A stretch of DNA of 64,000 nucleotides from Octopus sinensis (GCF_006345805.1 NC_043012.1:26536001-26600000), one strand, 5' to 3'; counted from the stretch's first letter, positions 36,694 to 49,150 are shown. Translations and numbers: made by a program. Notes: a model not told the origin generated them from the sequence alone.

Positions 36694-36762
<69 letters not shown>

Positions 36763-36981
36763 TCTTTTTTACTCTTGGCACAAGGCCCGAAATTTGTGGA
36801 GAGAGGGCCAGTCGATAAGATCAACCTCAGTACGCAACTGGTACTTAATTTATCGACCCCGAAAGAACGAAAAGCATAGTCAACCTGGTGGAATTTGAAC
36901 TCTGAACGTAAAGACAGAGGAAATACTGCTAAGCATTTCGCCCGGCATGCTAACGCTTTAATAATAATAATGACGATAAAA

Positions 36982-37022
<41 letters not shown>

Positions 37023-37085
37023 TGATGATGATGATGATGATTATGATGATGATGATGATGATGATGCTAGAATAATAATAATGAT

Positions 37086-37124
<39 letters not shown>

Positions 37125-37450
37125 AATAATAATAATAATAATAATTTAGGTTCTTAAGTTTTAGAGATGGGGTTTGTAAATTTCATTGTCCCAGTATTTG
37201 ATTAGTACTTTATTTCAACGACCCCGAAATAGTAAAAGACGAAGATGACGTCAGCAAGGTTTGAACTCAGTAATGTTCCTAATAATAATTTCTTACATTG
37301 GCATGAAATCCACAGTTTGCTGGATTTGGCCAATTAAATCAACAACAGCACTCGACATTTATTTCATTTTAACGACATCTCAAGGATGAAAAGCAAAGTT
37401 CACCTCGGATATATTTGAACTCATAACTAAAGAGCGGCCGAACAAATACT
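36225..37450 (-). mobile_element. cluster of about five SINE family A copies separated by AAT/GAT/AAC repeats
   Basis: Cores at about 36300, 36570, 36850, 37220 and 37380, all minus strand. Confidence 0.85.
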
Positions 37451-38660
37451 GTAAGACATTAATATTAATTTATTGTTCCTATCTTCATCCGACCATTTTA
37501 AATCAATAAATATTCCAAGCTTCGACCTGAACGTATCTGAAACCTCACAGATCTATCAAATCCTACATTAGTTGTTAAGATGATAGATGGCTTCTGTTTT
37601 TCCCCGTAAGAGTTAATAGCAAGGAAACAAGATTGGACTTTTTACTCTTCATATTCTCTTTCGTATTGGTTGCCTTGACACCGAACCATAATATATTCTA
37701 ACCAATAGTGTCAAAGTGTGACAACTCTGCCAAGCTGTGTTTAGTTTAATGGTGTGCTTTCTGCTCTTATGGTTGTCTTTCGTTATGAAGATAAATACTA
37801 GAAAGAATCTTATGATTTTACGATGGCATTCCGTAGAGGTTTGTTGCATAATCGACTTTCGTTTCTCCGTTACTCTGTCAGTTCTTGAGTCTTTTGTGTA
37901 CACTTGTATGGTTATTGCTGGTGTTTACTTCTCTTTCGATACTGGCCTTGCAAACCTTGTGATCAAATGTGCTATTTGAGGGAGAGCTGGCGGCACTTTC
38001 CAGCAGGTCAAACGGTCATACGGATGTTCCGCGCGACGTGGTGCTCGTGTGATTTTATGCGCGTGTTTGTGTGTATGTGTGTGTAAGTGTGTGCGTATGT
38101 GTGTATGTATGTGTATGTGTTGGTGTGACATGTGTATGTGGAATGTAATGTGGCCTGTAATGATATTGTATGTATTGGTATTATGCGTGCGTGCGAGTGC
38201 ATTTGTGTGTGTGTGAGTGTGTGTGTGAATGTGTGTGTGTTTGTGTGAATGTGGGTGTGTGTGTGTGTTGTAGTGTGATTTATCTTGTTATAGTATTGCC
38301 ATTGATGTAAGGAGTGTGTATGAAATATAGTAAGGGTCATGGTGTTTAATGGGTGTCTGTATGTGCGTGTTCATGTGTGCTGTATGATGACATGTGACGT
38401 GTGTATGATAACGTAGTATTGTGTGTGTAATGTGATACAACATTATGTGTGTTGTGATACATTGTCGTATACGTATGTGTGACAGTGTATGTGTGTGTGG
38501 GTGCGTGCGTCCGTGAAAGTTTGTATGCATGATATGATTAATGTCCATTGTTTACGAGTGATATGATGCAGGCAACCTTCCAACGGAACTGGTTGCTGGT
38601 TAGAAATCCACTACATTTGCATGACACAACAGAAAGGAAACCAAGTGTCATGGAATTTCG

Positions 38661-38698
38661 ATTGGCTACATCTGAATTGTTAGTCGGTAAACTTCCGG
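38661..38698. promoter_or_regulatory. possible promoter motifs: reverse CCAAT box and ETS site
   Basis: ATTGG at 38661-38665 and ACTTCCGG at 38691-38698 at the start of about 800 bp of non-repetitive sequence; motif match only. Confidence 0.3.
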
Positions 38699-39443
38699 TT
38701 GAGCAACGATCTAAGTTCTGGCGATATAATTTTATTCGAAAATTCAGGAAATGTTTTTGTTATTTTATTCTTACTGTAGATTAATTTGCCCCTTAGTTAT
38801 CGCTTTTTATTAGCCGGTTTAGCAGTTGTCACTTATCAGCCTGTCATTTACGCCATTCATATCCTGTTTTGTCAAAGTTGTCACTTTGTCTAAATACAAA
38901 CGATTTAAAAGTTTTGAAATTGTTTGCTACTACATTTCTGAAATCACGAAATATATTTCTGATATACATGCGCAGAAGGTTGCTTTTATAACTGAGTCTC
39001 TAATATTCATTCTTTTTCGTTGGTTAAGTCGTACGTTACCACGAATTCTGCGAAATACAATGCTTTTGCTTCAATTAATTATGAAAATAATGAATAAATT
39101 AGTCAAATAGATTTGTCATTATTAAGAACCAAGTGTTCACCGCGTGAAATTTTGATGAAAACTGAATTTCGCGTTCTTTAAAGCAGGAAGCTTGTATCAT
39201 TGACACAGCGGCATTCTTAGGTGTGTGGGTATCAAACGAATTAATCTGTTGTTTATTTTGCATTGTTGGTTCGATGATTTTCGGCGGCAGATTACCTTTT
39301 CTGTTCTTTCTGCCGATATTGCACCATTGTATCTCTATCCTGTATGTTGTTTGGACAAGTTTTAAAAATGATTTTGTTCTGATGTCAGCAATATGATATC
39401 ACCTCATTTATTCCCTCTAAGAGTGTTACACATACATGCACAT

Positions 39444-39553
39444 ACTCTGTAAAACATACAGTTTGCAGGCGAGTTGAGTAATTATATATATGTATATATA
39501 TATAAATATATATATAATTACTCAACTCACCTGCAAACTGTGTTTTACTGAGT
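39444..39553. repeat. palindrome with arms of about 45 bp centred on a TA microsatellite
   Basis: CAGTTTGCAGGCGAGTTGAGTAATTATA versus TATAATTACTCAACTCACCTGCAAACTG. Confidence 0.9.
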
Positions 39554-39838
39554 AAAAAGTGACCCAATGATAAAATCTACAGTCAGAGAGTGAATATACT
39601 ACTATCATGTTCTTAAGAATGAAATCAACCTCTCTGTCTATATACCTACCCTCTTTATAATGTTGGCAAATGAAATATGGATAAGAATGTGCATTGTCCG
39701 TTTGATTGGAAAAATCTATAAGTGGCTGAAGATTGCTTGACATTTTAAAACTGATGTAATACTTACAGTGTTGAATAAAATGAAGTAGCATGAAACAATT
39801 GTACTACTCTACCTTGGATATACTTGTTGCTTATTTTG

Positions 39839-39874
<36 letters not shown>

Positions 39875-39878
<4 letters not shown>

Positions 39879-40379
39879 GTATATAAACTGTAGTGTGTGT
39901 TGTCCCCTTCGATTTAGATTCCTAACTACTCCCACATTTTGCGGTGCAGTTTAACCAAATTCAGATATCTTATAGTCGTGATTCATATCAAGCCCGTCTG
40001 AGTATTAGCGCGCGTCTACAATGAGTCTACGATTTAAAAATAATTTAACATCATTTTTTATTCATTTTAATGCATAATTTTTCGTGTGTCGATGGCGGCG
40101 GAGTGAGTTGCGTCCATGGTCACACCTGCACCTGTTTGCTTCTCCCCCTTCTTCCTCCCTCGTGAAGCTGTGGGGAAGGGAGGTAAGGAAATCAACGTCG
40201 TAAAGCGTTGTCAAGGAGACCAGCGTTCTTTTAGAACAACGACTTCATGGCTTGAAGACACCAAAACAGAATGGCTAAGAAAGCCCGAATTGGCATCTAT
40301 AAGGGAAGTAACTCTCTAAAAATGCTTATATAGTTATTTCCCTTACAAACCCGTGCAACGCCGGGCGATACTGCTAGTA
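39875..40379 (-). mobile_element. non-autonomous Helitron/Helentron-like element, long form
   Basis: Both ends match 16658-16910; about 260 bp of extra internal sequence. Confidence 0.6.
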
Positions 40380-40734
40380 TATATATATAATACTCACCTA
40401 TGTATTAGGTAAACTGTTAGATTCATTTTGTATGGTAGTTTTCAAATCGATAATCATTGTATTAAGGTTTTGACCAAACAGACAAACACTGTGTGAGGTG
40501 TGTGTATTAACTTGGACATACAGCACAATGAATAATTCTTGGTTATTCACTTTATAAATGCGCAAAGGTTTAGATGTTAACTGAATAGATCGAAGCAGGT
40601 TGTAAATGCTGACCAGAAAGGCAAGCAGTGTATAATTATTCAGTGTATTGCAAGGCAGTGTCTTGAATCTACTTCGTAATATAATTCTTCACTGTAGATG
40701 TTACCCACAGATCTCTGCAATCTGGTCAACATCT

Positions 40735-41145
40735 ACACTGTGGGCTGGATTGACAGACAGTGTGTAGATGTTGGCTAGATTATGATAGTGTATAAGTATT
40801 GGTACTGGCTGTCTTGCAAAATACTGGGTGTATATGTTGATTCTGTTATCAAACAGTGTATTGAAGTTCGCTAGATTGCCGAACAGGCTGTGTATATGTT
40901 GAATGGATTGCAGAGTGTGCAGCTATAGGCTAGAATGACAAAAACAGTTTGTAGATGTTTAGGTTGTCAAGCAACGTGTAGATATTGGCTGAACTGACAA
41001 ACACTGTGTTCACTGGATGTATAGATGATGTGTAGACAGTATAAGGATGCTGACTAAATAGACACAGTGCAAAGATTTTGATAGAATAAATAGACTCAGT
41101 ATGTACACGTTGACTGAATTGATAGTCATTGTGTGTACAGTACAA
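40735..41145. repeat. degenerate minisatellite of about 30 bp
   Basis: Best unit GGCTGGATTGACAGACAGTGTGTAGATGTT at 40743-40772; about a dozen decayed units. Confidence 0.7.
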
Positions 41146-41224
41146 ATATTTCAGGAAAAAAATACGAAGAAAATAATGGAATAACAAACAATCTATCTGT
41201 ATATCCTTCAACCAAGAACATTTG

Positions 41225-41535
41225 GATCTCCGTGGATTACGACGACCAGTGTTCCAAATGATCCAACACCGTGTTCGTGAAATTAACGTGAAAGTGACTC
41301 AGTAATCCACAGACATGCATATCCTTAATGTAGTTCTCAGGAAGATACAACGTGACACTGAATGTGAGAAGGCTGGCCCATTGAATTAGGGGTACAAATA
41401 ACTTTTGTTAGCTGAGTGCACTGGGGCAACGTGAAATAATGTGCCTCGTTCAAGGACACAACGCGCCGCCGGGAATAGAAATCATGACTTTTCGACAATG
41501 AGCCAAACACCTTAACCACTAAGCCACGCGCTTTT
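41225..41535 (-). mobile_element. SINE family C, diverged
   Basis: Head AACCACTAAGCCACGCGC, CAAGGACACAACGCG centre and tail like 27561. Confidence 0.85.
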
Positions 41536-41759
41536 ACTATAACTCAGAACATATTGCAATGTGAACCGATGTGGGAGCCTTTATACCATGGTCCGGTCTG
41601 CTAGAGATAGCAGCCAAACGACCTTCTAATCACACCATAGCATACTGATAAACAAGAAATGCCATATTAAGCAGTGTAATCCTTGATATCTTTAAATAAA
41701 CGGGATGGCCACGATTGGAATGACTTTGGCGATGATTTTACTCGGTTATGGTATTCCTT

Positions 41760-42030
41760 CCTACCCTACGCCTAGGCATCGTCGCTTCCGTGCGCCTACA
41801 TGCTTTTGCTCACGCAGCCAGGCCCGCGCCGCTCCGCCTCACGCTTCCTGCATGACGACAACTACGACGTGCTCTTCCTCGCCTCTTCCTCGCGAACGTC
41901 TCCCTGCACGCCGCCGGCCGCCGCACGCTCTCACGCACGCTTCGTTAGCTCTCTGGTGTACGCTGTTGCTGTTCCGCCGACCGGTTCGATGCCGCGGACG
42001 ACCTCTTCGCTCGTGCCTTCCGACGTAGCA
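41760..42030. other. GC- and CpG-rich island of unknown origin
   Basis: Manual count gives 85 G+C in 120 nt at 41821-41940 (71%) against strongly AT-rich flanks. Confidence 0.9.
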
Positions 42031-42306
42031 AGTTATTTCAATATGTGTCGATAACGTGGAGGCCACTTTGTGGTTTGATCGATCTGATAGGAAAAACAGC
42101 AAAATATTCTTCTAATCATCTTTAAAATAAAGAAGGAGAGATTGGAAAATTGTAATCAGAGATACAATGTTTATAAAAAAAAAACACAAAGAGAAAAACA
42201 AATGAATAAAAGAAAACGGTAGCCTGTCACGACTGGATACTCCTTTAATCATATGTAGATACTCCTTTAATCATATGTAGATTACACTGCTTAATATGGC
42301 ATATAA

Positions 42307-42338
<32 letters not shown>

Positions 42339-42888
42339 GAGCTGAGAGAGCAGTGCATGCCATCAAAGTGACACTGGGGTAAAATATACGAAGCCCAATA
42401 TACCCATCATGACTACCCGTCTGATAAAGGTACACCAGCACATGCATCAACCATATGTGCGCGACATGGTGATCTCATCAAGATAAACAGCACATGACCT
42501 TGCAGGTGGGGCCCAGTTAGAATTTTCTTCAGATTGAGTAGCCCATCCCGCTCAAACGGTCCCTGAATAAGGGTTGTTTAAGGATGTTGAAAGAACACCC
42601 ATGTCCAGAGGTGAACTATTCAAACCCCAAAGAATCCCTCTCAACACATGGCTATGATGCTCCCCACTACTTCTGCTCGTGATCAGAGATGCACATATTG
42701 TCAGCAACGAAGGGGACATGCTCAAATGGTTAAGGTCAAACAACTGAAAGCAAATCTGTGGTATTGAGCAGAATATTTGCTGTAGCCCATCTTTTATACC
42801 AAGACAAAACAATGTACATGATAACACTTCCAATCAGTTAAGATCAGAAGCCATGAGAGCCACTGCCTGGTACTGCATCAGGGCATTT
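42339..42888 (-). mobile_element. longest copy (550 bp) of the (AAT)n-tailed retroposon
   Basis: Starts AAATGCCCTGATGCAGTACCAGG and ends CTCTCTCAGCTC(ATA)n; (ATT)n on both sides; no tRNA head or protein similarity seen. Confidence 0.85.
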
Positions 42889-42931
42889 ATTATTATTATA
42901 TATTATTATTATTATTATTATTATATTATTA

Positions 42932-42975
<44 letters not shown>

Positions 42976-43114
42976 TATTATTATTATTTATGTCTGGCCT
43001 AGGCTAAACAACAACAACATAATTCCGATATTCCAATATTTTCCGACATTAACTGATTGATAAGTCTCCTCACAAACCGACACTTAACTCATCCGAAAGT
43101 AAGCAACATTGCCG

Positions 43115-43117
43115 GAT

Positions 43118-43166
<49 letters not shown>

Positions 43167-43243
43167 GCCGCCAGTGGTGTTGCAGCCGTTGCACTGGCTA
43201 CAGGAACATCTATTCAATGTAAAAATTGTTACTGTGATTATTA

Positions 43244-43274
<31 letters not shown>

Positions 43275-43435
43275 CATCATCGTCATCATCGTCATCATCG
43301 TCATCATCATCATCATCATCGTCATCATCATCATCTCATCATCATCATCATCATCATTATTATTATCATTATCATCATTATTGTTATTATTATTATTACT
43401 ATTATTTTTATCATTATTATTATCATTATCATTAC

Positions 43436-43478
<43 letters not shown>

Positions 43479-43606
43479 AATAATAATAATAATCATAATA
43501 ATAATAATAATGATAATAATACTATTACCATTTTTATTACTATTATTACTATCATTTTTATTATTACTATTATTACTATTATTATTATTATTGCTATTAT
43601 TATTAC

Positions 43607-43696
<90 letters not shown>

Positions 43697-44036
43697 CATA
43701 ACTGCATGTCAAGATTCTCGCAAAGCTAAGCAAAGCAGCGCGCACATACATAACGTTCTTCTCAATAGAGATCTTTAACGAGATGAGAACTACAAGCTAC
43801 TGCATTATTAACTGTAACAAAATGGTCAGGTTGCATGAGGTGCCGGCGTGGTGGTAGTGGTGGTGATGGTGGTGGTGGTGGGATATATATTTTAGTTCAG
43901 GTCTGGAAACCTTTTAATACATTGCAGCTGTCTAGTATTATTACCATTCTGAAGAATGACACAGATATGTTCTCTAGACTAGATGTTATTGGCCTTTATT
44001 ATTGTTGTTGTTGTTTTTGTTGTTGTTGTTGCTGTA

Positions 44037-44108
<72 letters not shown>

Positions 44109-44261
44109 ATCATTATTTCTAAAACTACGCTTAGTATTATAAAATACTACCACCACCACCACCAACAAAATTACCGCCACCAATGCCACAACCATGAGCA
44201 ACACTACCATCGTCAGCATCACAACCACAACCACAACAATCACCATCTCCATCGCCAACAT

Positions 44262-44293
<32 letters not shown>

Positions 44294-44295
44294 TA
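43115..44295. repeat. compound ACT/ATT/CAT/AAT/GTT/CAC microsatellites
   Basis: Direct reading; strand polarity switches between ATT and AAT. Confidence 0.95.
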
Positions 44296-44345
44296 ATTTT
44301 CACTGCGCGAAGTTTTGTGATTCTTGCTTTTGAGAACCAGCTTAC

Positions 44346-44422
44346 GGTAATCTCTATACGGTCCATTGAATGACCAGAAATAGCACCCAAGTCTTCATTA
44401 AAATCCGGTAAAGGTATGCTAT
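44346..44422 (-). CDS. candidate 77-nt exon (SIPLPDFNEDLGAISGHSMDRIEIT)
   Basis: Minus-strand acceptor caaccactcttttaAG, donor ACC|gtaagc, phase 1/0. Confidence 0.22.
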
Positions 44423-44954
44423 CTTAAAAGAGTGGTTGGACATTTTGAACAATGTCTCGTGCTGGACATACGCAAAAAATAATCTATGGTCAAGGTTGGA
44501 CAGGGTGACCTTGGGCGAAACAACATCAACGACAATAACAACATTGGCTGTTCATATTCTAGAATAATAACAGTAAAAATGACATCAATATTTTGTTGTT
44601 TTTTTCTGTGCGTGTTTCTCTGTGTATGTCGTGGATAAAATCTCGCCAATGAAGGCAGTGTCATGACACACGCTCATACAAACATGATATTATTATTGTA
44701 AAATCGATACATCACACACATACACACAAACACACACACGCACACACACACACACACACCTATACACACACATTCCTCAAGTGCTCAGCTTGTTCCAGAA
44801 ATGGCTCTGACGAAACTAGCATTGATTTTCTTAGGTCGGTCAATTCACCTCTATTGATCGATAGACCAGTTGAATAAATCTATCGATGATGTACCTATAA
44901 CGACTACTGGAAACAGCTGTAAGCCAATTTTGCTCGAATAAAGGAGTTATATGT

Positions 44955-45104
44955 ATGCAAATATTCTTTTTAAAACTTTTCATTTAATTTTTCCAAAATT
45001 TTATTGTTTTCCACACTTACAGTTGAAAAAGTCTCAATGACCGAAATCGGTACTGAAATGTTTTTTATAAAATTATTTTAGCATTTTCTACCTTGACTTT
45101 TTCC
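44955..45104 (+). repeat. 150-bp Penelope-type terminus containing a U3:A8 hammerhead-like motif (45020-45055)
   Basis: CAG-TTGAAAA-A-GTC(TCAAT)GAC-C-GAA-ATCGGT-A-CTG; homologous to 48279-48428. Confidence 0.6.
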
Positions 45105-45177
45105 ATATATAATCAATCATGTATTCCTTTCCGAAATTCTACACACACACATATATATTATATATAATATAGATATA

Positions 45178-45216
<39 letters not shown>

Positions 45217-45997
45217 TATAGTATATGTATATAATAAATGGTATTTTTATATAAGCCTAAAGCTTATAGCAATCACCGTGCAATGACTATGAAAAAAGTC
45301 TAATAACAGGGCATATAAAGACATCGACAGAAAAAAGGTTTTCTCATCCACGTGGGACTTGAAACCACATCCCTTTCTCAATGGGACTAAGTGTGTTACC
45401 ATTACACCTGAGAACTAGCCTCCCTCTTTTTGTCAAATTTAAGAACTATATTAGTTCATATTTGTTTTTATGTAAACAAGCTTTCTATATATATATTTCG
45501 GTGCGAATGGATTTATTATACTGTGCCGTATTTTACAATCCTGTAAATAATTATAATAGTAATATTATTTAGTCGAATGGATGAATTGAGGGTAAGGACT
45601 AAAATATTGTAAGCTATTTGAGATAAATCCATGTTCGTAGTTTCAGAATTCTAATATAGTTATTTTGTAGAGAATTTAAACTTATGTCTACATGCAACTG
45701 TAACGTCAGAGATTATGTTAAGAATTTTTTCATCTGTAGGAAGTATACTAATTGCTTCTTTGATACATAACTTACACTTTCTGATATGCGTCTTATATGG
45801 AGTAGTTTCCATTATAATAGACTAGTTTAAGTTGAATTAATTCTTACGTGATTTTAATTTGTTAATGTATGTAGTGAGTGCAATTTTTGTTTCTGGATTT
45901 GAGAATAAGCTGATATGACTCCTATACCTCATCTTAATATATTTGTATGTATGTATGTCTGTTCTATCTATGTCTTATTGTGTTATATAGTATATAT

Positions 45998-46051
<54 letters not shown>

Positions 46052-46052
46052 A

Positions 46053-47669
46053 CAGTGGCGGCCAAAATGTTTAGAACGGCATCATTTTCGTAAGAAAAGT
46101 AGATATAATTTTTTTATCCAAGTTTGTTTTATATTCTATAATTTTCACAGACAATAAATACAATATTATTTGTTATTGCCTGAGATTTTCGTGTAATTTG
46201 AGAGGATAATACAAAAGTTATGGATGATTTAGTGATTTACTGCAAAACCCATGGCGGCCAAAATGATCAGAACGGTTGATTTTACTCCGTGTTTTAGTAT
46301 ATTTAACCGGCGAACTCTAATGTTTTGAATTTGTTTACGTGACGGTTCGTTTACTAAACATTAGTAAGAATATTTGCAGTGTACTTTGTTAATATAATGC
46401 CACGTACTCCGTTACCAATTCGTCAGCAGATTATTAAGCTTCGAATGAAGGTTAATTTAAGTATTGGATCTATTGCAAAGATTGTTAACAAGTCAAAAAG
46501 TGTTGTACACGGTATTCTTAAGGTCTACGATGGTGGTTCGTGTGAAGCAAGAAAGTTTACAGTTAGGCCAAGAAAAACGACCAAGAGAGAAGATCGTGCT
46601 ATGGTAAAGCTGGTTAAAAAGGACAGATTTAAAACTGCTGCTGCTGTTTCTCGGAAAATGAGCATTGTATTGAAGAAAACTTTATCTCGAAAAACTGTGT
46701 CTCGTCGTTTAGTTGAACATGACCTACAAGAAGAGCACCTGCAGTGAAGCCACTGATCAGCTCCAAGAATAAAAAGTGTCGTCTTACCTTGCAACCGAAC
46801 ATGTGTTGTGGTCTCAAGAAAAATGGCAAACGGTGCATTTCAGTGATGAATCTAAGTTTATGTTATTTGGCTCAGATGGGAAAAGGTTACGTTCGGAAAA
46901 GTAGGTGAAAAAGTGTCGCCTAAATGCCTTAAGACTAGTGTTAAATTCGGTGGATGAAGTGTCATGGTTTGGGGGATGATATCTGGAGATGGTGTGGGCC
47001 CTTTGGTGCGATTACATGGAAAGGTAAATGCAGGAGTTTATAAAAAACTTGTAAAAGATCATGTCTTGCCTGTGCTGAGAAATTCAACTAAGCGACCACC
47101 CATATTCAAGCAGGACAATGCCCCATGTCACATGGCTAAGGTGGTCATGAACTTCTTCAAGGCTGAAAAGGTTATTGTTATGGATTGGCCTGCTCAAAGC
47201 CCAGATCTCAATCCTTTTGAAAATGTATGGAGTATTCTAGGAGAACGTTCGAAAGCCAGAAATCCTAAAACAACTGAGCAATTATGGAATGCCTTTCAGG
47301 AAGAATGGAATAAGATCACCCAGCAAGAAATTGAAAATTTAATTTCCTCATGCAGTCGGAGTTGTCAGAGTATGATTGAAGCTAAAGGGCTTCACACTAA
47401 ATATTAAATAATTCCAGTATTCTCTGTCATTTTTGATTATTTTGTTATTTTTACAACCGTTCTGATCATTTGGCTGCCATGGGTTTTGCAGTAAATCACT
47501 AAATCATCCATAACATTTGTATTATACTCTCAAATTAACCAAAATCTCAGACAATAACAATTAATATTGTATGTATTGTCTGTGAAATTACAGAATATAA
47601 AATACTTGATAAAAACTTAATCTACTTTTCTGACGAAAACATGCCGTTCTGAAATTTTGACCGCAACTG
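46053..47669 (+). mobile_element. near-full-length Tc1 element of IR/DR type
   Basis: TIRs of about 215 bp, each with outer and inner TGGCGGCCAAAATG...AGAACGG direct repeats; 1617 bp long; TA at the left end. Confidence 0.97.
46397..47407 (+). pseudogene. Tc1 DD34E transposase pseudogene
   Basis: MPRTPLPIRQQII HTH region, FSDESKF, FKQDNAPCH and WPAQSPDLNPFENVW with 34 residues between D and E; frameshifts and an in-frame TGA. Confidence 0.97.
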
Positions 47670-47700
47670 CATATAGATATAGATATATATATGTGTGTAT

Positions 47701-47748
<48 letters not shown>

Positions 47749-48045
47749 ATATATATATATAGATATATATATATGTATATAATATATGTAACTAAGTATA
47801 CACAATACATATATACTATCATACCACTCCTGCATCTTGTATTTCTTTCTTCTTCTTTCTCTTCTCCGCCACCTCCTTCCTTACTTTACTACTACTTCTG
47901 CTTAGAATAACACCTACGCAAATATTAAAACAAAATACATTCAAAAGAGATATCTCAAGAATTCAGTTACTACTACAGTCCATAACAATTCACTTTCAGG
48001 GCACTTGATTATTTAACATCCTACTACTAACATACTGCTACCGTA

Positions 48046-48188
48046 TTCTTCTTCTCTTCTTCTTCTTCTTCTTCTTCTTCTTCTTCTTCTTCTTCTTCTT
48101 CTTCTTCTTCTTCTTCTTCTTCTTCTTTTCTTCTTCTTTTCTTCTTCTTCTTCTTCTTCTTCTTCTTCTTCTCTTCTTCTTTCTTCTC
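48046..48188. repeat. (TTC)n microsatellite
   Basis: About 45 units. Confidence 0.97.
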
Positions 48189-48278
48189 TGAATTCACAAC
48201 GATCTCGAACCCACAAGAGTAAACAAGAGAAACAGAGACAGGCAGAAACAAGGAAAATTCCCCTTTTATTTCAATACT

Positions 48279-48426
48279 ATGCAAAAAATTCTTTTAAAAA
48301 CTTTTCATTTAATTTTTCCAAAATTTAATTCCATACTTAGAGTTGAAAAAGTCACAATGACGAAACCGGTACTAAAACATTTTTTATGATAAAATAATTT
48401 TTAAGATTTTCTACCTTGACATTTTT

Positions 48427-48428
<2 letters not shown>
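48279..48428 (+). repeat. 150-bp Penelope-type terminus containing a U3:A8 hammerhead-like motif (48341-48373)
   Basis: AG-TTGAAAA-A-GTCA(CAA)TGAC-GAA-ACCGGT-A-CT. Confidence 0.6.
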
Positions 48429-48472
<44 letters not shown>

Positions 48473-48560
48473 AGTGAATCATAGATCGTTAAGCTTTGAT
48501 TCAAAACAGAGGCTAATAAAATATCAAAATAATAAAGTATACGAATAGCCTCGCTGTTAC

Positions 48561-48670
48561 TATTCGAAGCCAGGTAATGCCTCCCATCTGTGCAAATGTA
48601 TCCATGTGGTCTGACATTTGAAGAGAGAGAAGAACGTATGCAAAACCACTGCTTGGCTGCGAGCTATTAT
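48561..48670 (-). CDS. candidate 110-nt exon (NSSQPSSGFAYVLLSLQMSDHMDTFAQMGGITWLRI)
   Basis: Acceptor cttttattaaccAG, weak donor ATA|gtaaca. Confidence 0.15.
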
Positions 48671-48849
48671 CTGGTTAATAAAAGTTGAACATGGATACGA
48701 ACAGACAAGCAACAACACATATACACCGAAAACCACGTACAAAGACACACACATATATACTATAATAATAAACGATAATTTGACTGCAAGAATTTCATAC
48801 ATATATATTGAAATAAATATGCAAGAATGTATGAATTCAAGAATGCATG

Positions 48850-48909
<60 letters not shown>

Positions 48910-48929
48910 GGCTGCTTGTCTGTCTGTTG

Positions 48930-49150
48930 CTTTGTCCTTATTTCTCAATATGTATAATGTGTGTTATATATATATATACATATATATAAGCTTATTATGT
49001 ATATATATATATATATATATATGCAATATATAAAATATATATTATATGTGTTTATATGCATATATCTCTATATACACCACACACACACACACAACACACA
49101 CACAGTATATATATATAGTATAATATATATATATATATATAAATATATAC

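Noticed and set aside
41705-42102. ORFs of 84-107 aa in the GC island as genes
   Set aside because: Open frames are expected at 70% GC, they occur on both strands, and no motif was recognised
45341-45414. tRNA gene on the minus strand with a T6 terminator
   Set aside because: A- and B-box-like motifs are present, but extra bases follow the T-arm and there is no anticodon arm; more likely a SINE-head fragment
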